Source: Candidatus Bathyarchaeota archaeon (GTDB lineage: Archaea > Thermoproteota > Bathyarchaeia > TCS64). Taken from it: a DNA stretch of 64,000 nucleotides. The position numbers were made by a program, and so were the translations under genes. Numbering within the stretch: position 1 is the first letter of the stretch; each line of letters starts with the position of its first letter. Positions 38,460-48,938 of the stretch are shown in pieces. Below the pieces are notes generated by a model, which made no database searches, was not told the origin of the DNA, and saw only the letters and a program-made list of their open reading frames with translations. The stretch covers positions 160,001 through 224,000 of the forward strand of contig CAVYVF010000023.1 in the NCBI GenBank assembly GCA_963771885.1, read 5' to 3'.

Positions 38460-40340
38460 CTACTTTGGCTTGATCTTGCCGAGCCTCATAGCATTCAGTA
38501 TCACTGCGAGGCTCAGCCCCATGTCTCCCACCGCGACGGCGACCCAGAGGGTCACGAATCCGGGGAGTGCGAGTGCTGCGACGCCGAGTTTAACGACTAG
38601 GCTGAGGGTTATGTTCTCCCTTATTCGGCGCATAGTCGCGCGGCTCAGTTCGACTGCGTAGGGGACTCGGTCTATCCTGTCCTGCATCAGTGCGATGTCC
38701 GCCGTCTCAAGGGCAACGTCACTGCCCATCGCACCCATCGCGATGCCCACGTTAGCCTTGGCGAGTGCTGGCGCGTCGTTCACACCATCCCCCACCATTA
38801 TGATTCCACCGAGGCTCTTTAGCGAATCAACAGCGGCGACCTTCTCCTCGGGAAGTAGCCCTGCGCGGTACCCGTCGACGCCGACCCTCGCGGCGACCTC
38901 GCGCGCTGTCTCCTCGTTGTCTCCCGTCAGCATCTCTACCCTGAGCCCAAGAGCCTTGAGCGCCGCGACCGCGTTAGCGGACTCGGGGCGGACCCTATCG
39001 CTGAGAGTAAGTGTCCCTATGACCGCCTTGTCCTTCGCTACGAGAATCGTCGTCTTCCCCGCCTCAGGGTGAAAGTCGGGATTCTCTATGCCGAGCTGGG
39101 AAAGGAGGCGTGAGTTACCCACGCATATCTGAGTTTCATCGAGGCGCGCCTCTATTCCCCGTCCCGGGATAGGTCTTGAAGCCCGACGGCTCGCCGCCGG
39201 CGACTCCCGCCTCGCGTGCCTTGCTCACGATCGCTTGCGCAATCGGATGCTCAGACTTTGCCTCGAGTGACGCGGCGCAGCGGAGGACCTCTCCCGGCTC
39301 GACGCCTCGCACATCGCTGACCTCGAGTTCCCCCTCGTAAGAGTCCCCGTCTTGTCGAAGGCGACTACCTTCGCACGGGCGAGTTCTTCAATGTGTATGC
39401 TACCCTTGATTAAGACGCCGTTTCTGCTCGCGCTGGCGATCGCCGAGACCATCGCGACGGGTGTCGAGATGGCGAGGGCGCATGGACATGCAACTACGAG
39501 CATGACGAGCGACCTGTAGACCCAGTCGAGGAACGGCTGACCAAACAACAGTGATGGGACAGTCGCGACGATGATAGCCGCCACGATGACGGCGGGGGTA
39601 TACCAGCGACTGAACCTGTCGACAAAGGCCTCCGTCGGCGACTTGCTCTCCTCCGCCTCCTCAACCATGTGGAGTATCCTCGCGAGCGTCGACTCCTCAG
39701 CCATGCTCGTGACGCGGACTGCGAGGAAGCCGTCGACGTTCATAGTCCCAGCGAATATGTCCTCGCCGACGCTCTTCGACACGGGGAGAGACTCGCCAGT
39801 TATCGCCGACTGGTCGACGCTCGACTCGCCCTCGACGACCTCTCCGTCGAGTGGGATTCGATTACCGGGGCGGAGGACAAAGACCTCACCGGGCATCACT
39901 TCGCCTACGGGGACCTCGACCTCGGAGCCGTTTCGCCTGATGACTGCGACCTCCGGGCGCAGTTCGATAAGTTCTTCGATTGCGTGTCGGGCACGGTCGC
40001 TCGCATAATCCTCGAGCCTCTCTGCTAGGCTGAAGAGTATGATGACGGCGGCGCCTTCCTCGATGTGACCGATCGCCGTCGCTCCGACCGCCGCGATTGT
40101 CAGCAGGAAATCGATGGTGACTCTTCGGTGGAGGAGCGCCTTGAGCCCTGAGTAGGCGATCTCGTAGCCGGAGACGACCATCGCGGTAAAGAGAATTGCG
40201 TCCGATAGTAGGGTCCGTCCCTGGAGGTAATTGAGAGAGAGCCCGAATGCAAGCGCCGCGCCGGAGAAGACGAGTCCCCAAATGCTCCCCTCCTGCCCCT
40301 CGTGGTTGTGCAAGTGTTTCCCGTGATCGTCGTCGCCCAT
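38460..40340 (-). CDS. Zn/Cd-type P1B ATPase (ZntA/CadA-like), two compensating indels
   Basis: His-rich N-terminus, TGES, CPCALAIS, DKTGTLT, SEHP (in the shifted frame), GDGVNDAP; missing G in the run at 39330-39334, extra base near 39172. Confidence 0.88.
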
Positions 40341-40413
40341 TTCGAGACCTCGTATTCAAATGGGGAGACAATCTCTAATTATTAACTTAGTGCTTATATT
40401 TAGTATATTATTA

Positions 40414-40427
40414 TTAATAATTATTAA
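40414..40427. promoter_or_regulatory. Perfect 14-bp palindrome in the AT-rich divergent promoter
   Basis: TTAATAATTATTAA between the P1B ATPase and the first Mo-hydroxylase operon. Confidence 0.35.
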
Positions 40428-40517
40428 GATAAAGCATGGATCATATTAAAATGCATCTTCCTCGCCTCGTGCCGGCTATCAACGCTTTTAATCGCGGAGA
40501 CGCGAGAATCATATACA

Positions 40518-42869
40518 ATGTCCGGGCAGAGCCTACATAGGGTCATCGGCAGGGACACACCGAGGAAGGACGGAGTCTCCAAGGTCACTGGGGCGGAGCG
40601 ATTCTCCAGCGACCTCTCAATGCCGGGGATGCTACACGCTCGCATACTCAAGAGCCAGTATCCACACGCGAGAGTCATGAGGATCGACAAGACGGAAGCT
40701 GAGCGGTCTGGAGCAGTCGTCATAACCCCCGACGACGTCCCCGACGCAAGGTTCTGCCCACGCCTCGTGAGCACACCCGAGGCGACCTACAAGGACTGGC
40801 ACATACTCGCGCGCAAGCCCGTCTACGTCGGCGAGCCAGTCGCTGTCGTCATCGCTGAGACCGAGGAAAAGGCGCAGGAGGCGCTTGGGCTCGTCAAGGT
40901 CGAGTATGAGAGGCTCCCCGCCGCGTATGACGCCCTCGAGTCGATGAGGCTCGGTTCCATGCTTCACGACGAGATCACCCTCAAGGGAAGCGACCTCAAG
41001 ATCGAGAGCAACATCGCCTGCACCCTCGACAGCCGGGAGGGCGACGTCGAGGCTGGCTTCAGGGAAGCCGACGTGGTCATCGAGCGGGAGTACAGGACTA
41101 ACCGCCGCTACCACGTCCAGCTGGAGACGAAGAGCGTCCTCGTCAAGCCCGAGCCAGATGGTGGTGTCACTATCTGGAGCACGACGCAGACCCTCCACAA
41201 CACGCGGCTGCTCTTACATGAGATATTTGGGCTCCCGATGGGCAAGATACGCGTCATGAAGGCTGCCCTCGGGGGTAGCTTCGGCTCAAGTATACAGGTC
41301 AACACCGTCGTACCCATTGCCGTCGCAGCCGCCCTCAAGACGCGGCGCCCCATTCGCCTCAGCCTCACACGCGAGGAGGATATGCACGACCACACCAGCT
41401 ACAGCATGATATTCAAGCTCAAGATGGGCGTCAAGCGGAGCGGTAAGCTCACCGCGGGGCACCTCGACGCGTGGCTCGACATCGGCGGACATCAAGTGCA
41501 GGCCTATCCCCTCCTCGGTTGCATAGTCGGGTGGTGGGTGAGCCTCTACAAGCTCCCAGCCAAGAGCTATAGGGGCATCGCAGTCTACACGAATAAGGTA
41601 CCCAGTTGCGCCTTCCGCGGCTATGGCAACCCACAGATGACGTGGGCTACGGAGTGCATGATGGATGAACTCGCTGAGGCGATCGAAATGGACCCTGTCG
41701 ACTTCCGCCTCATGAACTACATCGGGCAGGGCGACCTCTTCTGGGGACAGGGACCTACAGTCAAGAGCATCATCCAGAGCTGCGGAGTCGAGGAGATACT
41801 CAAACGCGGCGCGAAGGAGATCGATTGGTACAACCGCCCCAAGGCGGGGAGCCAAGCTGGTCGCTATCGCCGCGGTATCGGCATGGGGCGCGGATACCAC
41901 ACGAGCAGCGCTGGCGCACCCGTACCGGGGACAGTCGTTGACTTCGGCGGCGCATTCATCAAGTTAAACGAGGACGGTACCTTCGATTACGTTACGGCCC
42001 TTATGGACCACGGTGGAGGAACCGTCGAGGCACACGCGAAGATTATCGCCGAGGAGCTCAGCGTCCCACTCGAGAATGTCAACATCATACAGGCGGATAC
42101 GAGTACAACGGTCTACGACGTCTGCACACACGCGAGTAGGGGCATCTACTCTGGCGGAGGGGCCGCCCTCAAGGTGGCGCGCCAGGTCAAGGACAAGATC
42201 AGGGAGAACGCTAGTAGGATACTCGACGCGTATCCGCACGCCCTCAAGTTCAGGGTGGACACGGCGAAGGGCCAGGGCGTCATCTACGCGGAGGGCGTTG
42301 CTGGGCGCGAGCTGACCTTTAAGGAACTCGCCTACACGATGAGGCATAAGAACTGGGGTACAATCGCCTCCGTCGACAGCTACAGGCAGCCCGCTTGCCC
42401 GCCTCACTTCACGGGCTACTTCGTCGAGGTCGAGGTGGACACGTGGACGGGTAAGGTGCGCCCCATGAAGATCATCGCGGGTGCCGACATCGGGACGGTT
42501 ATCAACCCGACGCTCGCAGCGGGGCAAATACACGGCGGCTTCGCGCAGGGATGGAGCATGACGCTCCTCGAGGACGAGCCTCACGACCCCGTAACCGGCG
42601 ACCTCGTCAACAGGGGCTTCCTCTCCGACTACAAGATTCCCACGGCGCGGGACATGCCTCACCTAGAGGACTTCAAGGTCTTCTTCGTGGACACTTACGA
42701 GGACACGGGACCCTTCGGTGCGAAGGGTATCGGCGAAGGAGCGCTAAACCCTGTCGCCGGAGCGGTCGCTAACGCGATACAAAACGCACTGGGAGTCAGG
42801 TTCTACGACCTCCCAATTACACGCGACAAGATTCTCGCAGCGCTAAACAAGAAGGAGGGTCAGCAATGA
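40518..42869 (+). CDS. Xanthine oxidase family Mo-binding large subunit (operon 1)
   Basis: KVTG, PHAR, GGSFG, CAFRGYG.PQ, HASR, GQIHGG, AKGIGE. Confidence 0.92.
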   Translation: MSGQSLHRVIGRDTPRKDGVSKVTGAERFSSDLSMPGMLHARILKSQYPHARVMRIDKTEAERSGAVVITPDDVPDARFCPRLVSTPEATYKDWHILARKPVYVGEPVAVVIAETEEKAQEALGLVKVEYERLPAAYDALESMRLGSMLHDEITLKGSDLKIESNIACTLDSREGDVEAGFREADVVIEREYRTNRRYHVQLETKSVLVKPEPDGGVTIWSTTQTLHNTRLLLHEIFGLPMGKIRVMKAALGGSFGSSIQVNTVVPIAVAAALKTRRPIRLSLTREEDMHDHTSYSMIFKLKMGVKRSGKLTAGHLDAWLDIGGHQVQAYPLLGCIVGWWVSLYKLPAKSYRGIAVYTNKVPSCAFRGYGNPQMTWATECMMDELAEAIEMDPVDFRLMNYIGQGDLFWGQGPTVKSIIQSCGVEEILKRGAKEIDWYNRPKAGSQAGRYRRGIGMGRGYHTSSAGAPVPGTVVDFGGAFIKLNEDGTFDYVTALMDHGGGTVEAHAKIIAEELSVPLENVNIIQADTSTTVYDVCTHASRGIYSGGGAALKVARQVKDKIRENASRILDAYPHALKFRVDTAKGQGVIYAEGVAGRELTFKELAYTMRHKNWGTIASVDSYRQPACPPHFTGYFVEVEVDTWTGKVRPMKIIAGADIGTVINPTLAAGQIHGGFAQGWSMTLLEDEPHDPVTGDLVNRGFLSDYKIPTARDMPHLEDFKVFFVDTYEDTGPFGAKGIGEGALNPVAGAVANAIQNALGVRFYDLPITRDKILAALNKKEGQQ

Positions 42870-43762
42870 GCATCAACACGCACAACACCCACATCGTCCA
42901 CGGCTTCGATTACTACGCCCCAGCCAGCGTCGCTGAGGCGACCAAGCTTCTCGACGAGCACGGTGTCGAAGCGATGATCCTCGCAGGAGGAACTGATCTC
43001 ATCCCAAAGATGAAGCAGGCGATCCTTAAGCCGAGACACGTCGTCAACCTGAAGCACATCCCTGAGCTAGCGGGCGTACGCGAGGAGGCGGAGCAGATCA
43101 GGATCGGGGCACTCACGCGTCTACGCGACCTCGAACGTAGCATAATAGTCACCGAGAAGCTACCCCTCCTCCACGAGGCGGTCACCGCCATCGGCTCAGT
43201 CCAGATACGAAACATGGCGACCGTCGGCGGAAACCTCTGCAACGCGTCTCCGGCGGCGGACAGCGCTCAGGCACTCGTCGCCCTCGGCGCCAAGGCGAAC
43301 ATCGCCGGGCCAAAGGGGGAGAGGAGCATCGAGCTTGAGAGCTTCTTCACGGGGCCCAGCAGGACGGTGCTCGGAAGGGGCGAGCTGCTGGCGAGCCTAA
43401 CCCTCCCCTACCCTGAGGAGGGGAGTAGGGGTGCCTTCATAAAGCTGGGGAGGACGAGCCTAGACCTCGCCACCGTCAGCATCGCCGTCAACGCGAAGAT
43501 GAAGAAGGAGACAGTCGAGAGCATACGCGTCGTCATGGGAGCCGTAGCACCAACACCACTTAGGCTTAGGAACGTCGAGCAGAGCCTAGCGAAGAAGAAG
43601 CTGACCGTCGACGCGATCGAGGAGGCGGGCAAGCTCGTCTCCGAGAGCATCAAGCCCATCACCGACATCAGGGGTACCGCCGAGTACAGGCGCATCGCCT
43701 CGAAGGGGCTCGCTATGGAGGCGCTTACGCGCATCCTCGAAGGCTCAAGGAGGGAAAAGTGA
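42866..43762 (+). CDS. FAD-binding medium subunit (CoxM/XdhB-like)
   Basis: AGGTDL, QIRNMATVGGNLCNASPAAD, DIRGTAEYR. Confidence 0.93.
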   Translation: MSINTHNTHIVHGFDYYAPASVAEATKLLDEHGVEAMILAGGTDLIPKMKQAILKPRHVVNLKHIPELAGVREEAEQIRIGALTRLRDLERSIIVTEKLPLLHEAVTAIGSVQIRNMATVGGNLCNASPAADSAQALVALGAKANIAGPKGERSIELESFFTGPSRTVLGRGELLASLTLPYPEEGSRGAFIKLGRTSLDLATVSIAVNAKMKKETVESIRVVMGAVAPTPLRLRNVEQSLAKKKLTVDAIEEAGKLVSESIKPITDIRGTAEYRRIASKGLAMEALTRILEGSRREK

Positions 43763-44232
43763 TGAAAATCATTATTAGGGTCAATGGTAAGCCGAAGAGC
43801 TTCGACGTCGAGCCGAACACGCTTCTCCTCAATCTAGTGAGGGACGGGATGCTGCTCACGGGGGCGAAGTACGGGTGTGGTGTCGGCGAGTGCGGCGCAT
43901 GTACGGTGCTCCTCGACGGTGAGTCGGTGCTCGCCTGCATGGTCCTAGCCGTCGACGCGGACGGGCGCAACGTCGAGACCATCGAGGGCCTCGGCGAGTA
44001 CGATAGCCTCAACCCGATACAGGAGGCGTACCTCGAGGAGGGCGCTGTCCAGTGCGGGTTCTGCACACCCGGCTTCATCATGTCGACGAAGGCTCTCCTC
44101 AGCGAGAAGTCCCAGCCGACGGAGACGGAGATCAGGGAGTACCTCAAGGGGAACATGTGTAGGTGCACGGGCTACGTCAATATTGTGCGCGCGGTCCAGT
44201 CCGCCGCTGCGAAGATGAAGGGACCGGGTTGA
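43759..44232 (+). CDS. 2Fe-2S small subunit (CoxS-like)
   Basis: GCGVGECGAC, QCGFCTPG, CRCTGY. Confidence 0.95.
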   Translation: MMKIIIRVNGKPKSFDVEPNTLLLNLVRDGMLLTGAKYGCGVGECGACTVLLDGESVLACMVLAVDADGRNVETIEGLGEYDSLNPIQEAYLEEGAVQCGFCTPGFIMSTKALLSEKSQPTETEIREYLKGNMCRCTGYVNIVRAVQSAAAKMKGPG

Positions 44233-44813
44233 GAACCGGGGCGGTCGTCCTAGCCGCCGGCAAGAGCAGCCGGATGGGCGCAAACAAGCTCTTATTGGAG
44301 GTTGCGGGGAGGACCGTCCTCGACAGGCTTCTCGACGCGTTGACAAATGGTGTCGACGAGGTCGTCGTTGTCACGGGCAACAACCCGGAGCCGATACGAG
44401 TCATCGCCGAGGCGCACGGTGTCCGCGTCGCCCACAACCCAGAACACGAGAAGGGTATGACGACAAGCTTCCAGACCGGGATAAATGCGCTGGGAAAAGT
44501 CGACGCGGCTTTCCTCGTCCTCGGAGACCAGCTCGGCCTGCGCTCAGAGCTTCTCCGCAAGATGGCGGCGGCGATCGAGGATGTCCCCGGCGCACTCATG
44601 GTGAGCCCGACACACGACGGGAGGAGGGGACACCCCGTGCTCTTCAGGGCAAGTCTCTTCGGCGAGATACTCGCGGTGAAGGGGACGCTAAAAGAGGTCG
44701 TCGACGCCCACGCAGACGCACACATCCACGTCGAGGGGGGAGAGTGGAGCACCCTCGACTTCGACACCCCAGGGGACTTCGAGCGCGCCAAACGCCTATT
44801 CACATGTGCATAA
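44229..44813 (+). CDS. mocA: Molybdenum cofactor cytidylyltransferase
   Basis: TTG start overlapping the upstream TGA; LAAGKSSRMG.NKLL, GM..S, LGDQ, GHPVLF, DFDTP.D. Confidence 0.88.
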   Translation: MRTGAVVLAAGKSSRMGANKLLLEVAGRTVLDRLLDALTNGVDEVVVVTGNNPEPIRVIAEAHGVRVAHNPEHEKGMTTSFQTGINALGKVDAAFLVLGDQLGLRSELLRKMAAAIEDVPGALMVSPTHDGRRGHPVLFRASLFGEILAVKGTLKEVVDAHADAHIHVEGGEWSTLDFDTPGDFERAKRLFTCA

Positions 44814-44949
44814 GCCCATTAAGATACAATTCGCGGCGGAGTAGCGGATATTCGGCCCCCGTTTTTTCTGCTGTTTCGCCCAGGTCTCCATCCGCATACT
44901 ATGCCTCAATCTTATAACGACGTGGACGATTTTCCCCTCGGCGGTCTTG

Positions 44950-45530
44950 TTGGCGAAGAAGATCACTCAGATTGACGTCATCAGTTTGAACGTGGAGTGC
45001 CTCGCGGGGCGCGACGCGATGGAGAAGGTCATGGAGGGGCGGCAGGAGCTTAAACCCAGCGCAGGGGACACCCACTCGCCGAGTGGGTGAAGAGTGCCGT
45101 CGACAGGATGGATGCCCTCCTCACCGAGGAGACGAGGAATGTGATCATGGAGTCCTGCGGCAAGAACTGCAGCGAGGCGAACAGACGGGTCATAGACGCG
45201 GGCATCGCCAAGAGAAGGAAGGCGAAGACCGAGGAGGACTTCATCGACGCCGAGGTCAAGGCATCCAAGGCGAGCGTAAAGCTGGAGAGAGGCGAAGGCG
45301 TACTCTACCAGATCTACACACCCCGTGGCTTCGGCAAAGGGTTGCGCTGCTACTGCAGCCTCACAAGAGGACTCCCCGACTCCGAGAAGATGTCACCGAC
45401 CTACTGCATGTGCGGTGAGGCATTCGCCCGAAACTATTGGCATAGCGTCCTCGGGCGACCCGTAGAGGTCAAGCTCCTAGAGTCGGGGCTCACTGGCTCC
45501 GACGTGTGCCGCTTCGAGATACGCCTCTGA
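44950..45530 (+). CDS. Cys-rich uncharacterised protein (DUF6144-like), frameshift near 45072
   Basis: TTG start then EKVMEG; after the shift EWVKSAVDRMD..IMESCGKNC, CYC, YCMC, VEVKLLES...CRFEI. Confidence 0.65.
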
Positions 45531-45574
45531 TCCAGGCGCTAGAGTTAAATCACCTACTTTTCACTCCGGAAGGC

Positions 45575-46012
45575 ATGGACGCGGAAGCAAACGGGGTCAC
45601 CGACGAGTCAACGAAGTGCATCATGGTCATCGACTCGGGGCTCCCCGTCGGGCTTAGGGTGAACACCGCCGGGCTCCTCGGGGCGACGCTCGGCAGGAGG
45701 CTGGAGAGGATAATCGGCCCGGACGTCGTCGACGCCTCGGGGGAGAACCATGTCGGCATACTCAACGTGCCTCTCCCAATTCTCTCCGCTGACGCGGACA
45801 CCATCAAGGCGATCAGGGAGAAAGCTATGAAGACGGGAGGAGTCCTCATCGTCGACTTCACCGAGACGGCGCAGAGGGAGGTACGATACGAGGACTACAC
45901 GGATAAACTGGCTGCGACCCCCGCTGGGGAGCTGAAGTACCTCGGCGTCGCTCTCTACGGGCTTAAGAAAGCGGTGAATAAGCTCGTGGGGAATCTGCCG
46001 CTTCTCCGCTAG
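45575..46012 (+). CDS. DUF2000 family protein
   Basis: KCIMVID..LP.G..NTA, DASG..H.G, PIL, DFT..AQ, Y..Y, Y.GVALYG.KK.VNKL.GNLPLLR. Confidence 0.75.
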   Translation: MDAEANGVTDESTKCIMVIDSGLPVGLRVNTAGLLGATLGRRLERIIGPDVVDASGENHVGILNVPLPILSADADTIKAIREKAMKTGGVLIVDFTETAQREVRYEDYTDKLAATPAGELKYLGVALYGLKKAVNKLVGNLPLLR

Positions 46013-46788
46013 CACCGCTTCCGCTTTATCATCTCGGCGACGATGCTAACACCTATCTCCTCGGGCGTCTGAGCCCCAACGTCGAGGCCGATAGGCGCGT
46101 ACATCGCGTCAAGGACCTTCTCGTCGAAGCCCTCAGACTTTAACTGCTCCCGGTGCTTCCTCGCCTTGTTGCCGCTGCCTAGCAGACCTATGTATGCGGG
46201 CTTCGCCTTAGCGGCGTGGCGGAGGGCGGCGATCTCGAACGGGGTCTCCCCGTGTAGGACGGCGACGTAGTCGGAGGGACGTATCTCCACCCCGGCTAGG
46301 GACTCGGGGTACTTGCCGCTGACCACTCTCATCCCTGGGAAGTACTCCTGCTTCGCCGTCGGCGCGTCGTCGACGACAATGACCTCGAATCCGCAGTCCT
46401 TCGCGTAGCGGGCGACGGCTTGGGCTATCCAGCCGCTGCCCATGATTATCAGGCGTGGGTCTGGCTTGACTACGTCCATGAATATCTTGACCTCCCCCCC
46501 GCACTTGGAGTCGATGGCGATCATGCCCTCCCTCGGCGGTATCCCCATGGCGAAGTGGAGCGTCCGAGGCTTACCCTCCGCGAGCGCACCCAGCGCCTGC
46601 TCCACAATGAGTCTCTCCATCCCCCCTCCGCCGATGGTGCCCAGCGACTTGCCGTCGGGCGTCACCAGCATCTTAGACCCCGGCTCGCGGGGGCCCGAGC
46701 CCTGCTTCTCGATGAGGGTGCACAATACCACGCTCTGCCCACTTGCGATGAATTCGTTTGCTCGGCGGAATATCTCGGGGTCGCTCAT
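46009..46788 (-). CDS. xdhC: XdhC/CoxI Moco-insertion accessory protein
   Basis: GSGPREPGSKM, GTIGGG, CGG, YIGLLGS..K, APIGLD.GAQTPEEIGVSI.AE. Confidence 0.92.
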   Translation of the reverse strand: MSDPEIFRRANEFIASGQSVVLCTLIEKQGSGPREPGSKMLVTPDGKSLGTIGGGGMERLIVEQALGALAEGKPRTLHFAMGIPPREGMIAIDSKCGGEVKIFMDVVKPDPRLIIMGSGWIAQAVARYAKDCGFEVIVVDDAPTAKQEYFPGMRVVSGKYPESLAGVEIRPSDYVAVLHGETPFEIAALRHAAKAKPAYIGLLGSGNKARKHREQLKSEGFDEKVLDAMYAPIGLDVGAQTPEEIGVSIVAEMIKRKRC

Positions 46789-46821
46789 CCCAAGGACTTA
46801 CACACTGATGGTTTAAAACGG

Positions 46822-47169
46822 TTAATCCCGTCTCACGAGGAGTGGGCGCATTGGGGAGAAGGACTCGTAGAGGCGCAGGATGGCCTGCTTCTCCTCCTCG
46901 GTGCACCCGATGAGCACCTTGATCTCGGAGTCCCTCTTGACGAGGTCGACTGTGCAGACGATCGCGTCGATCCTGTCCCGGGGATCGGAGCCGACGAAGA
47001 CGTCGATGCCCTCCTCGTCCATAGAGGATGTGCCCTCGAGATAGCCGTAGTCGACGGGGAAGATGACGGTGTCAGAGCCCCCGTCGTGGGTGCCCCGCGG
47101 GTTGTCGACGATTATCCGGCAATCTGAAACGAGGCGATCCAGGTGCTCCCAGAAGCTGCCGTCCACCAT
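46822..47169 (-). CDS. Short inorganic-pyrophosphatase-like protein
   Basis: D.PRG, FPVDYGYLEGT.S.D..GIDVFVG resembling the family I PPase core; 115 aa. Confidence 0.65.
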   Translation of the reverse strand: MVDGSFWEHLDRLVSDCRIIVDNPRGTHDGGSDTVIFPVDYGYLEGTSSMDEEGIDVFVGSDPRDRIDAIVCTVDLVKRDSEIKVLIGCTEEEKQAILRLYESFSPMRPLLVRRD

Positions 47170-47246
47170 GCGTCACAATAACCCTATGAATATGATAAAC
47201 ACTACCCAGCATGTGACGCCGATAACATTTTAGAGGGCATTAATCT

Positions 47247-47605
47247 GTGCAATTAAAACATCCAGAGCGATTCTCATGGTTGAGAGGTTGTTCCCCATCG
47301 AAGTCCCGTTACCGTGTACATAGTGAGAACTGGAATATCCCCTTCTTCATGGTGCGAGAGAGGCACGCCCTCTGGATTAATCCCACCTACACCTCAGCCA
47401 GAGGCATCGCGAATGGCGACGCCGTCGCACGTCGATAATGGTCACGAATAATGTCGTCTGCCTGCAGGATGGGGCGTGGCCCACATTCGACGGGGACGGT
47501 GTCGAGATGAGCGGCTCGCCGAACATCCTCGCCCCAACGGAGCAGACGATGCCTAGCCGGGTAACCAGAACGCACATGATATTCGTAGAAGTAGAGAAAA
47601 GCTAG
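47247..47605 (+). pseudogene. Remnant of the C-terminal molybdopterin-dinucleotide-binding domain of a DMSO-reductase-family enzyme
   Basis: SRYRVHS..NIP.F...LWINP....RGI.NGDAV, then in another frame VVCLQDGAWP.FD.DGV..SGSPNIL...PS...H..FVEVEK*. Confidence 0.7.
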
Positions 47606-48066
47606 TCGGGGGCTATCTTCTCCGCCGCGTCGAGTATTGCCTCGATTATGGCGACGTAACCCGTGCAGCGGCAGATGTTGCCCTCGATGGCCATCTTGAC
47701 CTCGTCCTCGGTGGGGCGCCTGTTGTCCCTGAGCAGCGCGTATGCGCTAAGCAGCATCCCCGGGGTGCAGAAGCCGCATTGGACGGCACCGTTCTCCATG
47801 AACGCCTCGCGCAGCTCCTTCATGAGGGGGTTGTCGACGAGTCCCTCGACTGTGCAGACGTGACGTCCCTCGACCTGCGGCGCGAGTATGATGCACGAGG
47901 TCATCGGGTAGCCGTCGATGAGCACGGTGCACGCCCCGCACTCGCCCTGCTCGCATCCCTTCTTGACGCTCTTCACGCCCAGCTCCTGCCTGAGCATGTC
48001 AACGAGGGTCATCGTGGCCGGCGCCTCGACGTAGACGTCAGCGCCGTTGAGCTCGAAGTTCACCAT
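47602..48066 (-). CDS. 2Fe-2S small subunit (operon 2)
   Basis: GCEQGECGAC, QCGFCTPG, CRCTGY; ATG 48066 overlaps the upstream TGA. Confidence 0.94.
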   Translation of the reverse strand: MVNFELNGADVYVEAPATMTLVDMLRQELGVKSVKKGCEQGECGACTVLIDGYPMTSCIILAPQVEGRHVCTVEGLVDNPLMKELREAFMENGAVQCGFCTPGMLLSAYALLRDNRRPTEDEVKMAIEGNICRCTGYVAIIEAILDAAEKIAPD

Positions 48067-48938
48067 CAGAGTACACCTCCGGCGCGGCTCCACGCTTCAC
48101 GCATGGCGCGCTTGACAAGTACGCCAACCATGTCCCTGCGGTACTCGGCGGTGCCACGGATGTCATCTATGGGTTTGGCCGCCTCGACGCAGCCGGCTGC
48201 CGCCTCGCCAATCAGTTCCTCGCTCATCTTCTTCCCCCTGATCTTGTTCTCGACTGATGGCACGCGTATGGGGGTCGGCGCGACGCTGCCGAGCGCTATC
48301 TTGACCTCCCTCAGCTTTTCGCCGTCCCTCTCCGTGTAGACTGCTGCGTTCACGACGCTGAGAGTGAACCCCCTGCGCCTGCCAATGCGCTGGAAGCTGC
48401 TTCCAGCCCCCCTGATGAGAGGGAAGCGCAGCCCGCCTAGTATCTCGTTCTTCTCCAGCACCGTCATCTTCGGCCCCTTGAACAGCTCCTGAAGAGGTAT
48501 CCAGTGACCCTCCTCAAGGCTGACTATGTGCGCTTCGGCGGCGTGCACGAGGAGCGGTGGCGCCGAGTCGGCGGCGGGGGACGCGTTGCAGAGGTTGCCC
48601 CCAATCGTCCCCCTGTTCCTGATCTGGACGCTACCGATCCACCGCGCTGCGTCGTGCAGAGCCGGCGCCGCCTCCTCTACGAGCTTTGATGCCAGAAGCT
48701 GCGAGTGGGTCGTCGTCGGCCCTATGAGTATGTAACCTTCCTCCTCCTCGACGCCGCGTAGCTCGTCTATGAGCCCGAGGTCGATGAGGTGTACGGATTT
48801 CGAGCCTAGGTCGCGGAAGGCGGGGATGATGTCTGTGCCTCCGGCAATGGGCATCGGGTTGTCGAGGATGCCCATCATTTCCAGCGCCCCCACGAGTGTT
48901 GGCGGTCGGAGCAACTCGAACCCGTTCAGTGGCTTCAT
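48066..48938 (-). CDS. FAD-binding medium subunit (operon 2)
   Basis: AGGTD, QIRNRGTIGGNLCNASPAAD, DDIRGTAEYR. Confidence 0.93.
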   Translation of the reverse strand: MKPLNGFELLRPPTLVGALEMMGILDNPMPIAGGTDIIPAFRDLGSKSVHLIDLGLIDELRGVEEEEGYILIGPTTTHSQLLASKLVEEAAPALHDAARWIGSVQIRNRGTIGGNLCNASPAADSAPPLLVHAAEAHIVSLEEGHWIPLQELFKGPKMTVLEKNEILGGLRFPLIRGAGSSFQRIGRRRGFTLSVVNAAVYTERDGEKLREVKIALGSVAPTPIRVPSVENKIRGKKMSEELIGEAAAGCVEAAKPIDDIRGTAEYRRDMVGVLVKRAMREAWSRAGGVL

